Source of the DNA: Camelus dromedarius
Taxonomy: Eukaryota
DNA length: 64,000 bases
Direction of reading: 5' to 3'
NCBI RefSeq assembly: GCF_036321535.1
Contig: NC_087438.1
Coordinates: forward strand, 5,086,001-5,150,000
Each line of letters opens with the position of its first letter. Within the stretch, counting starts at the first letter, position 1. Shown piece by piece: positions 12,701-24,269 of this stretch. The translations under genes and the position numbers were made by a program. The notes beneath the pieces were generated by a model. It had not been told where the DNA came from and did not search any database. It saw nothing but the letters and a program-made list of their open reading frames with translations.

Positions 12701-13689
12701 AGTGCACTTCAGTTGACTTTTACTCTCTGGGGCTTGTTGACCTTCAGTGTTCGCTCTCTCTCTAAGAACAACAACTGCCATTTGTATAATACAAGACAAC
12801 TTACAGGTATTTTTACACAAACTCGTATTATTGACATTAAAATGTCGGATAGAACAGATTTTCTGTTTTATAGGTGAGGACACCCAGGTTCTAACAAGTT
12901 GAAAGATACTGCTGTAGGGCACTGATGTCTGCTTTTCACCAGTCTGTACGTGAAATATTCTTCCTCTTGACAAAATACAATTTTTTAATCAGTTATAAGT
13001 TCCCCAATTTTTATTCCATGTATAGGCTGCTGAACTGAAAACGTGACAGATAATGCTTTGCGAAGTCTCCTCAAGTGACCAGTTGAAAAACAAATGACAG
13101 CTTTCACGGTTTATTTATAATCTCATAACACCCAATTAGGAAATGCATTAGGGAGAAATAATCCAATTTATGAGATCTACAGAATTAGAAAGGTTTTTAG
13201 AAGTAAGCTCCGTAACAAATGGGCATGACCTTTATGAAGAAAACAGTGAAGCTGTCTGAGTGTACGGATTGAAGCTTGAGCAGGTGAAGCCTGGAGCATC
13301 CTGCTGGGGAGGGGCTCCCGCCCTGCCCCCTTCCCTTCCACTTCCAGGAAAGTAGCTGCTCTCAGCTGGTTAGTCCAAGCCTCTCCCACTCTCAGAAGAT
13401 AATCTTGCGTCGTCTCCTGTTTCGCTGGAAAGTTCTGAAGATTGGCTCCCACCACCACGCCCACCTCCCTGCACTTCTAGGCGGGCCTTCCTGCCTGTCA
13501 TGGCTTTGGCCTGCCTGTGCGCCCCCTTACTGGGGCCAACTCTTCCTCGTGACTGCTTTTCAGGTATCTTCAGCTACCAAAGGGTATGATTTTCTCCTTT
13601 CTCTCTCGCATCTTAACGTTCTCCCTCTCTCCTAGATCTCCTTCAGCATGCCAGCATGCTGTTCTTAAATCTTACAAAATGACTTTCTT

Positions 13690-14122
13690 TAATCGAAATA
13701 TAGTTCATTTACAATGTTGTTAGTTTCAGGTGTGCAGCATAGTGATTCAGTTATACATTTATATGTATGTGCTTTTTCATTATAGTCTGTTACAAGCTAC
13801 TGAATATAGTTCCCTGTGCCATACAGTAGGACCTTGTTGTGTATCTGTTTTACATATAGTACTTTGTATCTGCTAATCTCAAATTCCTAATTTATCCCTC
13901 CCCTCGTTCCCCTTTGGTAACCAGAAATTTTGTTGTCTTTTTTTGTGAATCTTTCTGTTTTGTAAATAAGTTCATTTGTATCAGTTTTTTAGATTCCACA
14001 TATAAGTGATATCATATGGTATTTGTCTCTGTCTGATTTAGGATGATAATCTCTAGATCCATCCATGTTGCTGCAAATGGCATTATTTCATTATTTTTAT
14101 GGCTGAGTAATATTCCATTATG

Positions 14123-14168
<46 letters not shown>

Positions 14169-14286
14169 ACATACCACATCTTTATCCAGTCATCTGTGGA
14201 TGGACGTTTAGGTTGCTTCCATGTCTTGGCTTTTGTAAATAGTGCTTCTATGAACATTGGGGTGCATGTGTCTTTCCTAATTAGAG
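13690..14286 (-). mobile_element. 5'-truncated artiodactyl-type L1 3' end, antisense, containing a (TG)n
   Basis: Minus-strand ORF reads RKDTCTPMFIEALFTKAKTWKQPKRPSTDDWIK (L1 ORF2 C-terminus-like). 16-bp TSD acaaaatgactttctt (13674-13689) / acaaaatgacattctt (14287-14302). Confidence 0.92.
14126..14166 (+). repeat. (TG)~20 microsatellite
   Basis: Perfect TG run inside the L1. Confidence 0.97.
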
Positions 14287-14689
14287 ACAAAATGACATTC
14301 TTGACCCCATTTCCCATGAACTACCATCTCATTCTTCTCTTTCTATTTATAACAAAACTCCTTGAAGAGTTGTCTGTGCTGTCTGGTGACAGTTGTTCTT
14401 GGACCCCACACCAGTCCAGAGTGGGATGAGGTCAGTAATGAGGTCAGAGTGGCCAGAGGAGAGCAGAGGTCACAGCTGCCCGTTTGGGGGAAACTGCTCT
14501 TGTCAAGGTCACCAGTAATTTCCGTGTTGCTAAATCCAGTGGTCAGTTCTCAGCCCACCTTTTTCTTGCTCTACACAGTGCATTTTTTTCTCCCTCTGAA
14601 ACTTGAATAAGCATGGCTACGCACACATTTGAAACTTTTCTAAGTCTAGAAAGAAAACACAGACACATACAATAAACAGTTCTGAAAAA

Positions 14690-15400
14690 AACCTATCAGT
14701 TGGGGAAAATACTCAAAACATATGTGAGAGGCAAAAGATTAATATTCTTGAAATTTAGAGAGTTTTTTCAGATTAATTAAAAAAAAGATCAAAGCCCCCC
14801 AAAAGGAGTAGACAGAGACATGAATGTAAAATTCACAGAACAGATATAAGTGAAAAAAATCTAAGTTCAGTCTTACCAATAATAAATTCAAGTTAACTTG
14901 TCAGGGATATGACATTTTCAAAACAGAAAGAATAATAATGCAAAACAGAGCAGGCATATTTATATGCTGCCACTGGCGTGTAGGTTGCTACACGTCCCTG
15001 GAAAGGATTTTGGCAAATTTTTCCTCAAGTCTCAAAATGTGCATCTCTTTCAACATATTAGTTCCGCATCTGGTAAACTATCCTAAGAACATAATTACAC
15101 AAATATGCAAAAGATGTTTCTGAATTTATAGAAGCATAGAGAAGCTCTCTGTTACAAAATATCTGTTGGTACACTAGTGAAAATTATAATATGAAGTTGT
15201 GTTAATATCCCAACTGTGATATGTCGCTGCAAAGTAATGTGTATGATACAATCCCAATTTTTTAAATTTATCAGAAAAAAAGCTAGAAGGATACATACCC
15301 AGATAATAAAATGAGTGACCTATGGCTGTGAGAGATATTTACATTGATTTACCCTCTCATTTGATCTCCCATGTTTCCTGTAATGGATACCTATTGCTCT
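14690..15400 (+). mobile_element. Old L1ME-type 3' fragments
   Basis: tggggaaaatactcaaaacatatg...aaaagattaatattc; aaaatgtgcatctctttcaac...tatcctaagaacataattacacaaatatgcaaaagatg. Confidence 0.6.
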
Positions 15401-16673
15401 GAATATAAAATAGTAAAATTGAAGAAATGCAGCACTTTTATTTAGGAAGAGAATTATACAATTAGGGTCCTAAGTATAAATCCAAGGTGAAAATATCTGT
15501 GGTTTTATTCATTAAGAGCACATAAGAAAGAGGGAAATCTGATGACTTACTGAGGACACTGTGTCCGGGGCAGCTGAGCATTGAAAGTGCTCACCACCAA
15601 ACTGCATCTCTTCATGATGGTGCTTTTATAAATTTTAAAGGTTACAAAAGTAAATTGTGTATGTGTATGTATAAACTTTGGCTGCTACAATAGGTAGATG
15701 TAGAAACACACATATTATATGGATATGCACAACTTTGCACGAACCCATTGGTCCCCAACCTGAACTTGAAGTGGCACCATTTGGGTAGAAAATACTCAGA
15801 GTTCCCCCAGGATGGGAAAATTAGAATGTCCTAAAGGTGGTGCACTCCTAACTTGCCTTTGCTCTTTCTCTCTGCGCGAGTGTGTGTGAGGGGGAGCGTT
15901 CGCTCTTTGAGACCCAGGTTAACAGACCTGCGCTACTGCTGATGGCCTAGTGGGAGCAGGTGGCAGCTGTGGAGATGAGCCGCGTGTCGCTGGAGTGTGA
16001 GATTGCTCTGCTCTCGGTCTTGGTTTCTGTGCTTTTTGATTGAATACTGAAGACAGATTTAACATTTTATTTAATGCAGAAGTAAAGGCTTTCGGGACTG
16101 GAGTGGTGCAATTTATCATTCTTTGTGGGAAGGGATATTACTTCCGAAAGAAGGAAATTCAGTGTGTGATTGGAGGTTCATTATTACTGTGAGAGTAAGT
16201 AGGCGTTTTCATAGACTAAAATATATATAATTGATGTTAGCTTTTTTCCCTTACAACTGGTAGGAGGTGTGTAATATAAATAGCTTCTATGAGAGCTGTC
16301 CTTTTATTCTGTTAATACCATTGTTTGTATCTTTCAGAAGTCTTTTCTCTGATATTAAATGGAATTATTTTCAGATGGGGATATTTAACTATTCATGATT
16401 CGCTTCAAGCTGATTTCAGTTTGCTCCATTGGCACCCAGCCTGTCAGGTGACCAAGAAGCAAGTGCATGTCCAGACCTCTGCCTTTGGGTAGAGGTGAAG
16501 TGGTCTTGATTGGGCGAATTTAGGATTAGACCACAGGAGCAGTGAGGCATATATATACACACAATAAAATTCTTCTCTGACAACTTTATTGCCTTGATCT
16601 GAAAAAAAAAATGGAAAGAATAGAAATTTACCTTATAGGGAATTATTACATACCACTGAAAGGCTCTGGCAAG

Positions 16674-16746
<73 letters not shown>

Positions 16747-16754
16747 ATCTATCT
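16674..16754 (+). repeat. Compound tetranucleotide microsatellite (TCTG)~7(TCTA)~11
   Basis: Directly visible. Confidence 0.97.
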
Positions 16755-17210
16755 TTAAGCATCACTTTGGTGATGGAATTGCGTGACAAATGGCTAAGTA
16801 ATCTTGAATCCATGTGGGCTAAGGTACATGAGGTGACCTTTCTAAAGGCTGTCCTGAATCGCTGTGTCAGCCCAGCAGGGGTTTAGAGAAGACACGTTAA
16901 TAATGCTGTAAATCACAATCACCCTAAGTCAGATGTCTGTGAAATAATAGGGCCATTAAATATGATACAAGTAAGAAATGGGAACTTTGCAAATGAAATA
17001 CACATAATTGAGGACATGAACTTGAAAGAAGGGACGATGCTGTTCTTTTTTAAAAAAATACAGACGTGCCCTTAACAATTGAAAGGCTAGTTATAAAAAT
17101 CACAAAACAAGATTACTTATGTTAAGCAGGAGCCCAAGAAGCACAAAATTAAATAAAGGGAAGTATTTTAATGTAGATTTGCAAAGGGCAGCTGAGGCTT
17201 TTATTTGGTT

Positions 17211-17241
17211 TATTATTATAATTATAATTATAATTATAATT
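17211..17241. repeat. (ATTATA)n self-complementary AT hexamer repeat
   Basis: tattattataattataattataattataatt. Confidence 0.85.
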
Positions 17242-20200
17242 TCATCTCTGTAATAACTAGGACTCATACTGTTGGAGATGCAGTCTCACATATCTGTGCT
17301 TAGCTGTGAAAATAATGCAGTTCGAAATGATGCTTTGTATTACATTACTTACTTTTTTTCATTTAGCCTTATGTTTGTAAGAGGACCCAGAAACTAATCA
17401 AAACAATTAATTACATAAAACTGATTTTTGGTGACTCTCATAAGGAAGCAGATTAGCTCAATATGGTTTTTACTTTGAGTTGTCGTCTTGGCACTTTTGC
17501 ATTTTGTGCATTAAATGCAGAACAAATAATTTTGGTATATATAGATTTTAAAAATAGACCATTGATATCTAGATTTAAAATAGATATTAAAACCACTACT
17601 TTATCTAACAAAGAAGCTGTAAGCCCTAACTGTGTTGTCATTATACTTTTAATTAAAACCAACTTTCTGTAATATTAATTTTTATCTTTCTTTGATGATT
17701 ATGAAGTTCCATTTGGGGTAATTATAATGTGCTTTTTATAAGCACAAAAATAGCTGAAGAAGTCATTTTGTTTTCCTCATCTATCCAGTTAGCACACCCT
17801 GTTTCCTTATTCCACATTGCAGTCATTTATTAAATTTTAAAAAGGAACAATGGAGCTTCTTGCATATGCCAGGGTTTCTGCTGGACGTCGGGAGCCCCTG
17901 CTGAGTAAGAAGCAGGCTCTGTCTTGCACGAGCGCAGGTGTCACTGGGGAGATGACACGTCACACAGCATGGCGAGTACCTGTGGAGGAGGAGGTGGAAA
18001 GATGGGCAAGTCCCCTGGGCAACGAGCTGGCTCTTCCTTGGCTGCACCATTCAACTTCTGACAGCAGACCTGGCTTTGGGGAGAGCTGGGAAATCTTAGG
18101 CCCGGGGGAAAGGGCACGGGGGGCACAGGCAGGGACGGTTCCTAGCCTGGGGGTGAGAAAGACACAGAGCACTTGTGTCACGGGAATCCTACCAAACACG
18201 TACCCAAGAAATAATGCTGAGCTTCGTAGAACTTTTTTTAGGAAACGTGAAGATGGAACATCAGCAAACTTTTTCTGAGGCCAGTGTAAGTGACGCCGAA
18301 ACGTGGCAGCACAGGGACAGAGTAGAGACCGAGGCCTCTTAAGGTGTGTGGACGCAGGTGCAGAAATGTTTAAGGAAAAAATTAAAAGGATGAAATGCCA
18401 GAGGAGTTTAAAACTTCCCAGCGGTCGTTTGAATGTGATGTCCCTCCGATGAATCTGGCTAATCGTGAATGCAGACAAGTCTCTGCTGAGTTTCGGCATC
18501 AAAGGTGTCCCTGGAGGGAGGCCTCCCAGACAGAAAACCCAGTTTCTTCACTGGGCACAAGGCTGTATCCCTCTGTGTTCTCCGATCTGTCTGTGTGGAA
18601 TTTACTTACGGGCTCGGTCAGTTCGACGGCCTCCAGACCAATTCCCCTAATGTCAGGTTCCGCAGATTTGGAGAAGTTCAGTGCTGTCTCCTGTTCTCCT
18701 GTCTTATGCTGATGAGAATCAGGCACCTTTCCTACGTGCTGATAGGTGGGTGTCAGAGGAGAGTCAGGCAAGCAGGTAGATTCCTCTGTAGCTCATTCTC
18801 CACAAATAGCGTATTCTGTTGCTGGGAGCAGAAGACACTGGCTATGGAGGACAGCCTGGGGGCCAGCACCAGGGAGGCGGAGAGAATAGGATGGTTTCTT
18901 CCAGCATTGTTCAGACCCCAGTAAGACAGGTCCCTGCATCCTTCTGGAATGTGAGGTGTTCTGTTCCTTGTTGAGATGCATCCATCCTACCGAAAGGACA
19001 CCACAGTACGTAATCACTCCTTCCCGAGTGGTGGGACCTTTCCTTCTGTTTCTGTGTCTTGTATGTTTCTTTTGCTTTTCGGGTAAGTCCTTCTTCTGTG
19101 TACATTTTGTGCATGATGGTGGAATTGTGCCTTAATTACTGACCGCCACTTTAAGTCTCTTGATAGAGATTTACAACTTGTTTCTCACATTGCATTGATA
19201 ATTTTACCTGTGTTATAGAACATACAATATCATGTCAATATAACGCAAAGTGATGGTCACTTTTCAGACGTTGCTTGTTTCCGGTTACCTGTCGAGAACA
19301 CCTTCTATGCCACACGTGACTTCCAGGCCGCGCTCTTGGCCTGCGCTCTGCCCGTGGTTCTCTAGTGCTCAGAGGTGTCTTGGCACCAGCAGTGTCCTCT
19401 TTTGTCACGGATGCTATGCAGATTGGGCTCTGGGGATCAAGGGGACCGTGGAGGAGGCTTAGGGGGTGGGATCCTGAGATCGACACCTGTGGGGGAAGAA
19501 GGGGAGCAGGCTGGGCTGAGGGAGAAGGTGGACTGACCTAAGTCCCAGCAAAGACATCGCGCCCTGCAGGGAGCTTGGAAGCTCTGGAGTCACCCTCCCG
19601 AGCTGGGGTGAGAGGACGGGACTTTCTGCTCGGTGACAGCCAGTCACTGACCTGATGAGCTACGCCGGAGAGAGGCAAGCCCCGGGCACGTGAGTCTGTT
19701 CAGGAGAAGTGATGCACCCTCAGCCCCGAGGGGACGTGGTTCTGCAGTGCGGCAGCGGCATGATTGGGAATCGGCTCTGTACGCATACATCGGTTTTTTC
19801 CTGAGATGCTGCCCGCTTGCCCGAGATGGATGCCAGAGGTCAAGTCTGTACTCTTGTCTCTTTCTCTTCTGTGACTACCTGAGCTCAGGTCCTCTGTTTC
19901 TCAGATCCTCTGTTTCCCAGACTGAAATATGACAGGCTCCTAGCTGCCTTCCCCCCAGGCCCCTGCTGTCCAGTCTCTCCAGGGCGAGGTGACTTTTCTG
20001 AAGTCAAGGTGCCAGCCAGTCACCCTCCTGCTCCAAGCCCTCTGTGTAGCTCCCTGCCCCTTGATCAGGTCTAGACCTCCTGCTGACTTGTGACCTCTGA
20101 GTGCATTCACACCTCCCAGCCTCCACCCTCACCTCTGACCTGGCTCTTCCCGTAATGTTTTCCTGGCTGTTCAAGTCAGACACCAGTGCCCTTCACCTGT

Positions 20201-22399
20201 GCTCAGATTTCACTACAGTTCATCTGTCCCGCGGAGCAGGGCCTGATCCTGTGGCCAAGGACTCCTCCAAGCCTGGCAGAAGACAGAAGTGGCTAGACAG
20301 TCTTGATACCGTTTCAGTAATTTCCTGAGCGCAGAGATGCTCTGAGGCTCGGTTTAAAGCCCCAGTAAGCCCTGGGGAGTCCCTCTCATAGGTTTCCAGC
20401 GAAGTGCGAATTAGCCGGAGAGCTGGCAAGGTGTAACAGAACTCCGCAGCATTAAAAACAGCAAAAAGAAACAGACTTCATTTCGATTCGTTGTCCTGGT
20501 AGTTTTGACTACATTTTAGATAGTGAGAAGAGGCAACAGGTGGAAATGTGGATTCTCCCTCTAAACCAGGCCTTTCTGGGAGAACACCGGCCCCAAGGCC
20601 ATATTGTCGATGTGCTTGAGGACCCAGTCTGCCGCGGTGGCTGCTGGCCACCATCCCACCTGCCGGCTGCCCGTGCTCCCCTGGGGGAAACACCCAGCTG
20701 TTTCTCATCTGCTGTCACTTCCTTTTAACTATTTCTGACTCAGACCTTCCCCATCCCCAAGAGAAAGCTCAGGCAAACCCATATTTTACTTCTGGTGGCC
20801 GTTTTTAGTTTGGTCTAGTGTGTGAGCCGTATGTAGGCACATACATATGTATGTTAGTCCCAGTGGCTCCTGGCGTCACACCTGCGTGGTGTGAAATGAA
20901 TGTGCTGTAAATAAAAGGAGTTACACTGACTGGGTGGGAACTTCTGCCTCTCGTTCATTATGCGCCAGGATGCTCCTATATCTCTGTGTCACGGACCTCA
21001 AATTCATTTGTTTAGAAGAATCTAAATTATTCCCGTGGACTCTTAAGATAGGATATGTTAATTATTTTTGGAAATTAATAGTACAACAGCCCTTAATACC
21101 TAAAATTCTGTTTTGTTCCCAGGAATTTAACTAAATACATTGACCAAGGAGGACAGTTACTTTTAAATGAAATGACCTAAACTGAATCTGTTTATGAACT
21201 ATTTTCATCTTGAGAAGGATGATGTATTCCATTTGTTGGTAATAAAAAGGTTCCTGAATGGTATTTTGTTTCCAGTGCGTTAGTCCCATTTTACGTAAAC
21301 TTGGGAAAGGTCACACTGTACCTCTTACATTTCTCCGGAACTTTACGCAAGTGTTCTAAATCTGAAGACCTTGACATCCTTTTCTAAAAATAGTCCATGA
21401 AATACTTACCATTTCTTTAATTTAGAAATAGATTTCGAGGCTGTTTCAATGAATTATTTAGCTCATCAGTGGAAAGTTTTCATTCATTTCAGAAAAAGGA
21501 GTAATCATGTAAAAGATCACTGAATTTATCAAAACAGTTTTCTCTCACGACCACCAACACGTGTGTGTCTGTAGAGTAACCTGTGGTCAATGTTGGGTGT
21601 CCTATAAAAACAGTTGAGGATTGTTGTTCTTGTTGCCCCAAAACAGAGTCCGGGTTGAACCACAGGTTGGGTATTTAAAATTTTTAAATGAAAAGTTAGA
21701 ATCATCAGGGTTGCCTCAGAAGACGTTTCTGATTTTTCGTTAAATTTATGATTTTGAGTGCCCAAAACATGCAAAAGAACAGGCTTTTAAAAGAGGAGAA
21801 ACAAAGTCACTATGTTAGAGATGATGACTTACCCTGTAAGGTATTTTTATCCGTGCATTCGCACGTGGATGCACTAAGAAGTCAATGCACAGGGGAGACA
21901 GATAAAAGATGCAGAGAGAGAGAGGTAGATGTGTAGACGAGGGGATGGCTGGCTCGTTCAGCGGGCTGCTGTCACCGTACCGCGGGCAGCTCACAAATGT
22001 AAGTCCGTCCTCAGATCATCAGAGCCCTGAGAAGGCCAAGGAGGGACCACAGAGACCACGTGAACACAAATTTCGTTCCATATTTGTGTTTCAGCAGTAT
22101 AAGGAGTAAACTTGATGAGCTGAGGTTGTGTTTTTAAAATGATGAGTACTATGTGCATAATGACTCACCTAAGTTTCCTCGGCTTCAGATCTCACCTCCG
22201 AGATGACGGGGGAGGAGGCAGAGCAGCTCTTTATTTTCCCCACTCTCTCTCTGTACGGCCTTTTAAAACATCCCCTTTCACTGCTTAGCAGTGCACAGCT
22301 GTTAGGAAATCGCTAAGTAGGTCTGTGTACTGGTCTATGCTAGCAAGTACCAAAAGCTAATGAAGTAGGTGGATTTTTAATAAAATATATTCTTACCTA

Positions 22400-24260
22400 A
22401 ACAGAATTAAGGCAACTTTAGAAAGAGAGAACTTATTTTTAAAAAGGCTTTAGTATTGGAAAAGCTGATTTCTAGGACTGGAGGTTCCGGTAACGTTTAA
22501 CCTATTGCAAAAAAGGAAAAGGAAAGTCTTCCGATTCATTTTTATCACTCTGGCATCATCCTAATATTCTAACCTGATAAAGACAACACAACAGGAGTAC
22601 TGCTGACATTATTTTATGGCTGTAGATGCAAAACCTTAAGGAAAATATTGGTAAATTTGGCCCAATAGTGTGTTAAAACTGTAATATTGATGGTGGCTAA
22701 TCCCTGCATATATGATACTATGTTCCAGGTACTATTCTAAGGTCTTGTGTTAAGTAGACTGTAAGCTTCCAAAGTCGTTTTCTGTTTTCCTTATTGGTGT
22801 AATAACAGAACCTAGAATTCACCCTGGTACAAAACAGAAACTCAATACATTTGTTGAATAAATGAACTAATAATTTTTATAACAATGTTAGCTTGATAGT
22901 ATTAATATTCCCATTCTACATAAAATAGTGTAACAGGCCCACAGAGAGGAAGAAATCTGCCCAAAGTCACACATACCATGCACAACTACGTAGTTTTCTT
23001 CTGCGAGTGCAAAGATGGTTTGACTTTAGAAAATCTAGCGATATCGTTTAATGTTTTAATCTGTCAAAGGGAACATTTGCAAGGTCATTTTGAAGTAGGC
23101 TCAAAACAGTTAAGATAATTCAATTATAAGTCTTAGGTGGGGGGAACGCTCAGTGAAATAAAAATCAAAAGGGAATTTCCTTAACATTTTATAAATATAA
23201 CTCAATCTTGGCCTCCAAATTCTTACAAATGTAAGATCAGAGGGATTCCCATCAAGGTGAAGACCAAAGAAGGATGTTTGCTGTGAATACTGTTGGATAA
23301 CATTGTCCTTAAACTTTCGGTCAACACGGAGGAAAATTAAAGTATACATATAGGAAAGGATAAAGAAAAATTAGCTATTAACATTGACCTCAGTATGTAA
23401 CAGCTGGATGATCACTGGTTATTTAACCTCTCTCAGCTTTAATATTTAATCTCTCAATTGATACTATGAACACCACATACTTCAAATTTTGTTGTTTAAA
23501 TAAATTGGATAATGCATGTAAGCGGCCTCTTTTGTAGTTAGGAAATAGCAAGCACTCAGTACATGTTATTCATTTTTATTATTACCTCCTGAGAAGTCAG
23601 ATACACAATTGAAAACCATTAGTATTAATGGAGAGATTCTGTCAAGTCTGTGTGTTACTGAGTTCATATATAAAGCTTAAGTGCTTTTCAATATACAAGT
23701 GAAAAATGTTAGCAGATATAATGGGACAGTAACTCACTCTGTTTACCTTAACACTAGTATATCTAGGAATGCGTTATCGTTTAAAAGTATTAACAGTAAT
23801 ATTTCTAGGGGTAAACATAAGAAATCTCCTGGAAGAAAACTATAAAACTTTTAAGGTGTTTCATAAGGAAAGGTATTAATTAATCTAGCATGGCATAATG
23901 TTACATATGAAGATTTTGTATTCTTAAAAAAAAAAAGCAGCAAACTTTTTTCCCTTGGTCTTCAATCTCAACCAAAATACACATATAAGTATGGGGAGCT
24001 TAATCTCATGTCACTAACTTTAATATGAAAGAGAAATACACAAGCAAGAATAACCAGGGAAGTTCTAAAGGAAGATCCTGAGATGGTAACTTGAATATCT
24101 GTGCTATTAGAATGTGTGAAAGTTATCATAATTAAAAGATTTGGCTACTGGAATAAAAATAGACAGATGGATAGAACGGAAACAGTCACAGGGATATATG
24201 TGCCATTTCAAATCAGTGGGAAATGAATTCAACCTTCAAGAAAAGTGTTAGCTAACCACT
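22400..24260 (+). mobile_element. Decayed L1ME-like ORF2 fragments interleaved with MIR/L2 pieces
   Basis: aacctgataaagacaacac...tgtagatgcaaaaccttaaggaaaatattgg; MIR-like stretches at about 22700-22980 and 23380-23580; L2 tail ctcaatacatttgttgaataaatgaa near 22840-22866. Confidence 0.55.
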
Positions 24261-24269
24261 TGGGGATAA

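Larger units (their letters stand above)
13480..14600 (+). mobile_element. L2 fragments flanking the L1 insertion at 13690-14286
   Basis: L2-like text (tttataacaaaactccttgaagagttgtctg; aaactgctcttgtcaaggtcaccagtaat...tgctaaatccagtggtcagttctcag). Confidence 0.6.

Noticed and set aside
12437..12973. 178-aa minus-strand ORF
   Set aside because: No recognisable domain, non-ATG start, partly overlaps MIR-like sequence; consistent with chance in a GC-rich patch.
18860..18882. Partial REST/NRSE-like motif (ccagcaccagggagg)
   Set aside because: Right half-site (GGACAG) is not matched; too weak to call.
17850..18924. Cluster of overlapping 100-180-aa ORFs on both strands
   Set aside because: No protein-family resemblance, no processed-pseudogene hallmarks (poly-A, TSD), no convincing exon boundaries.
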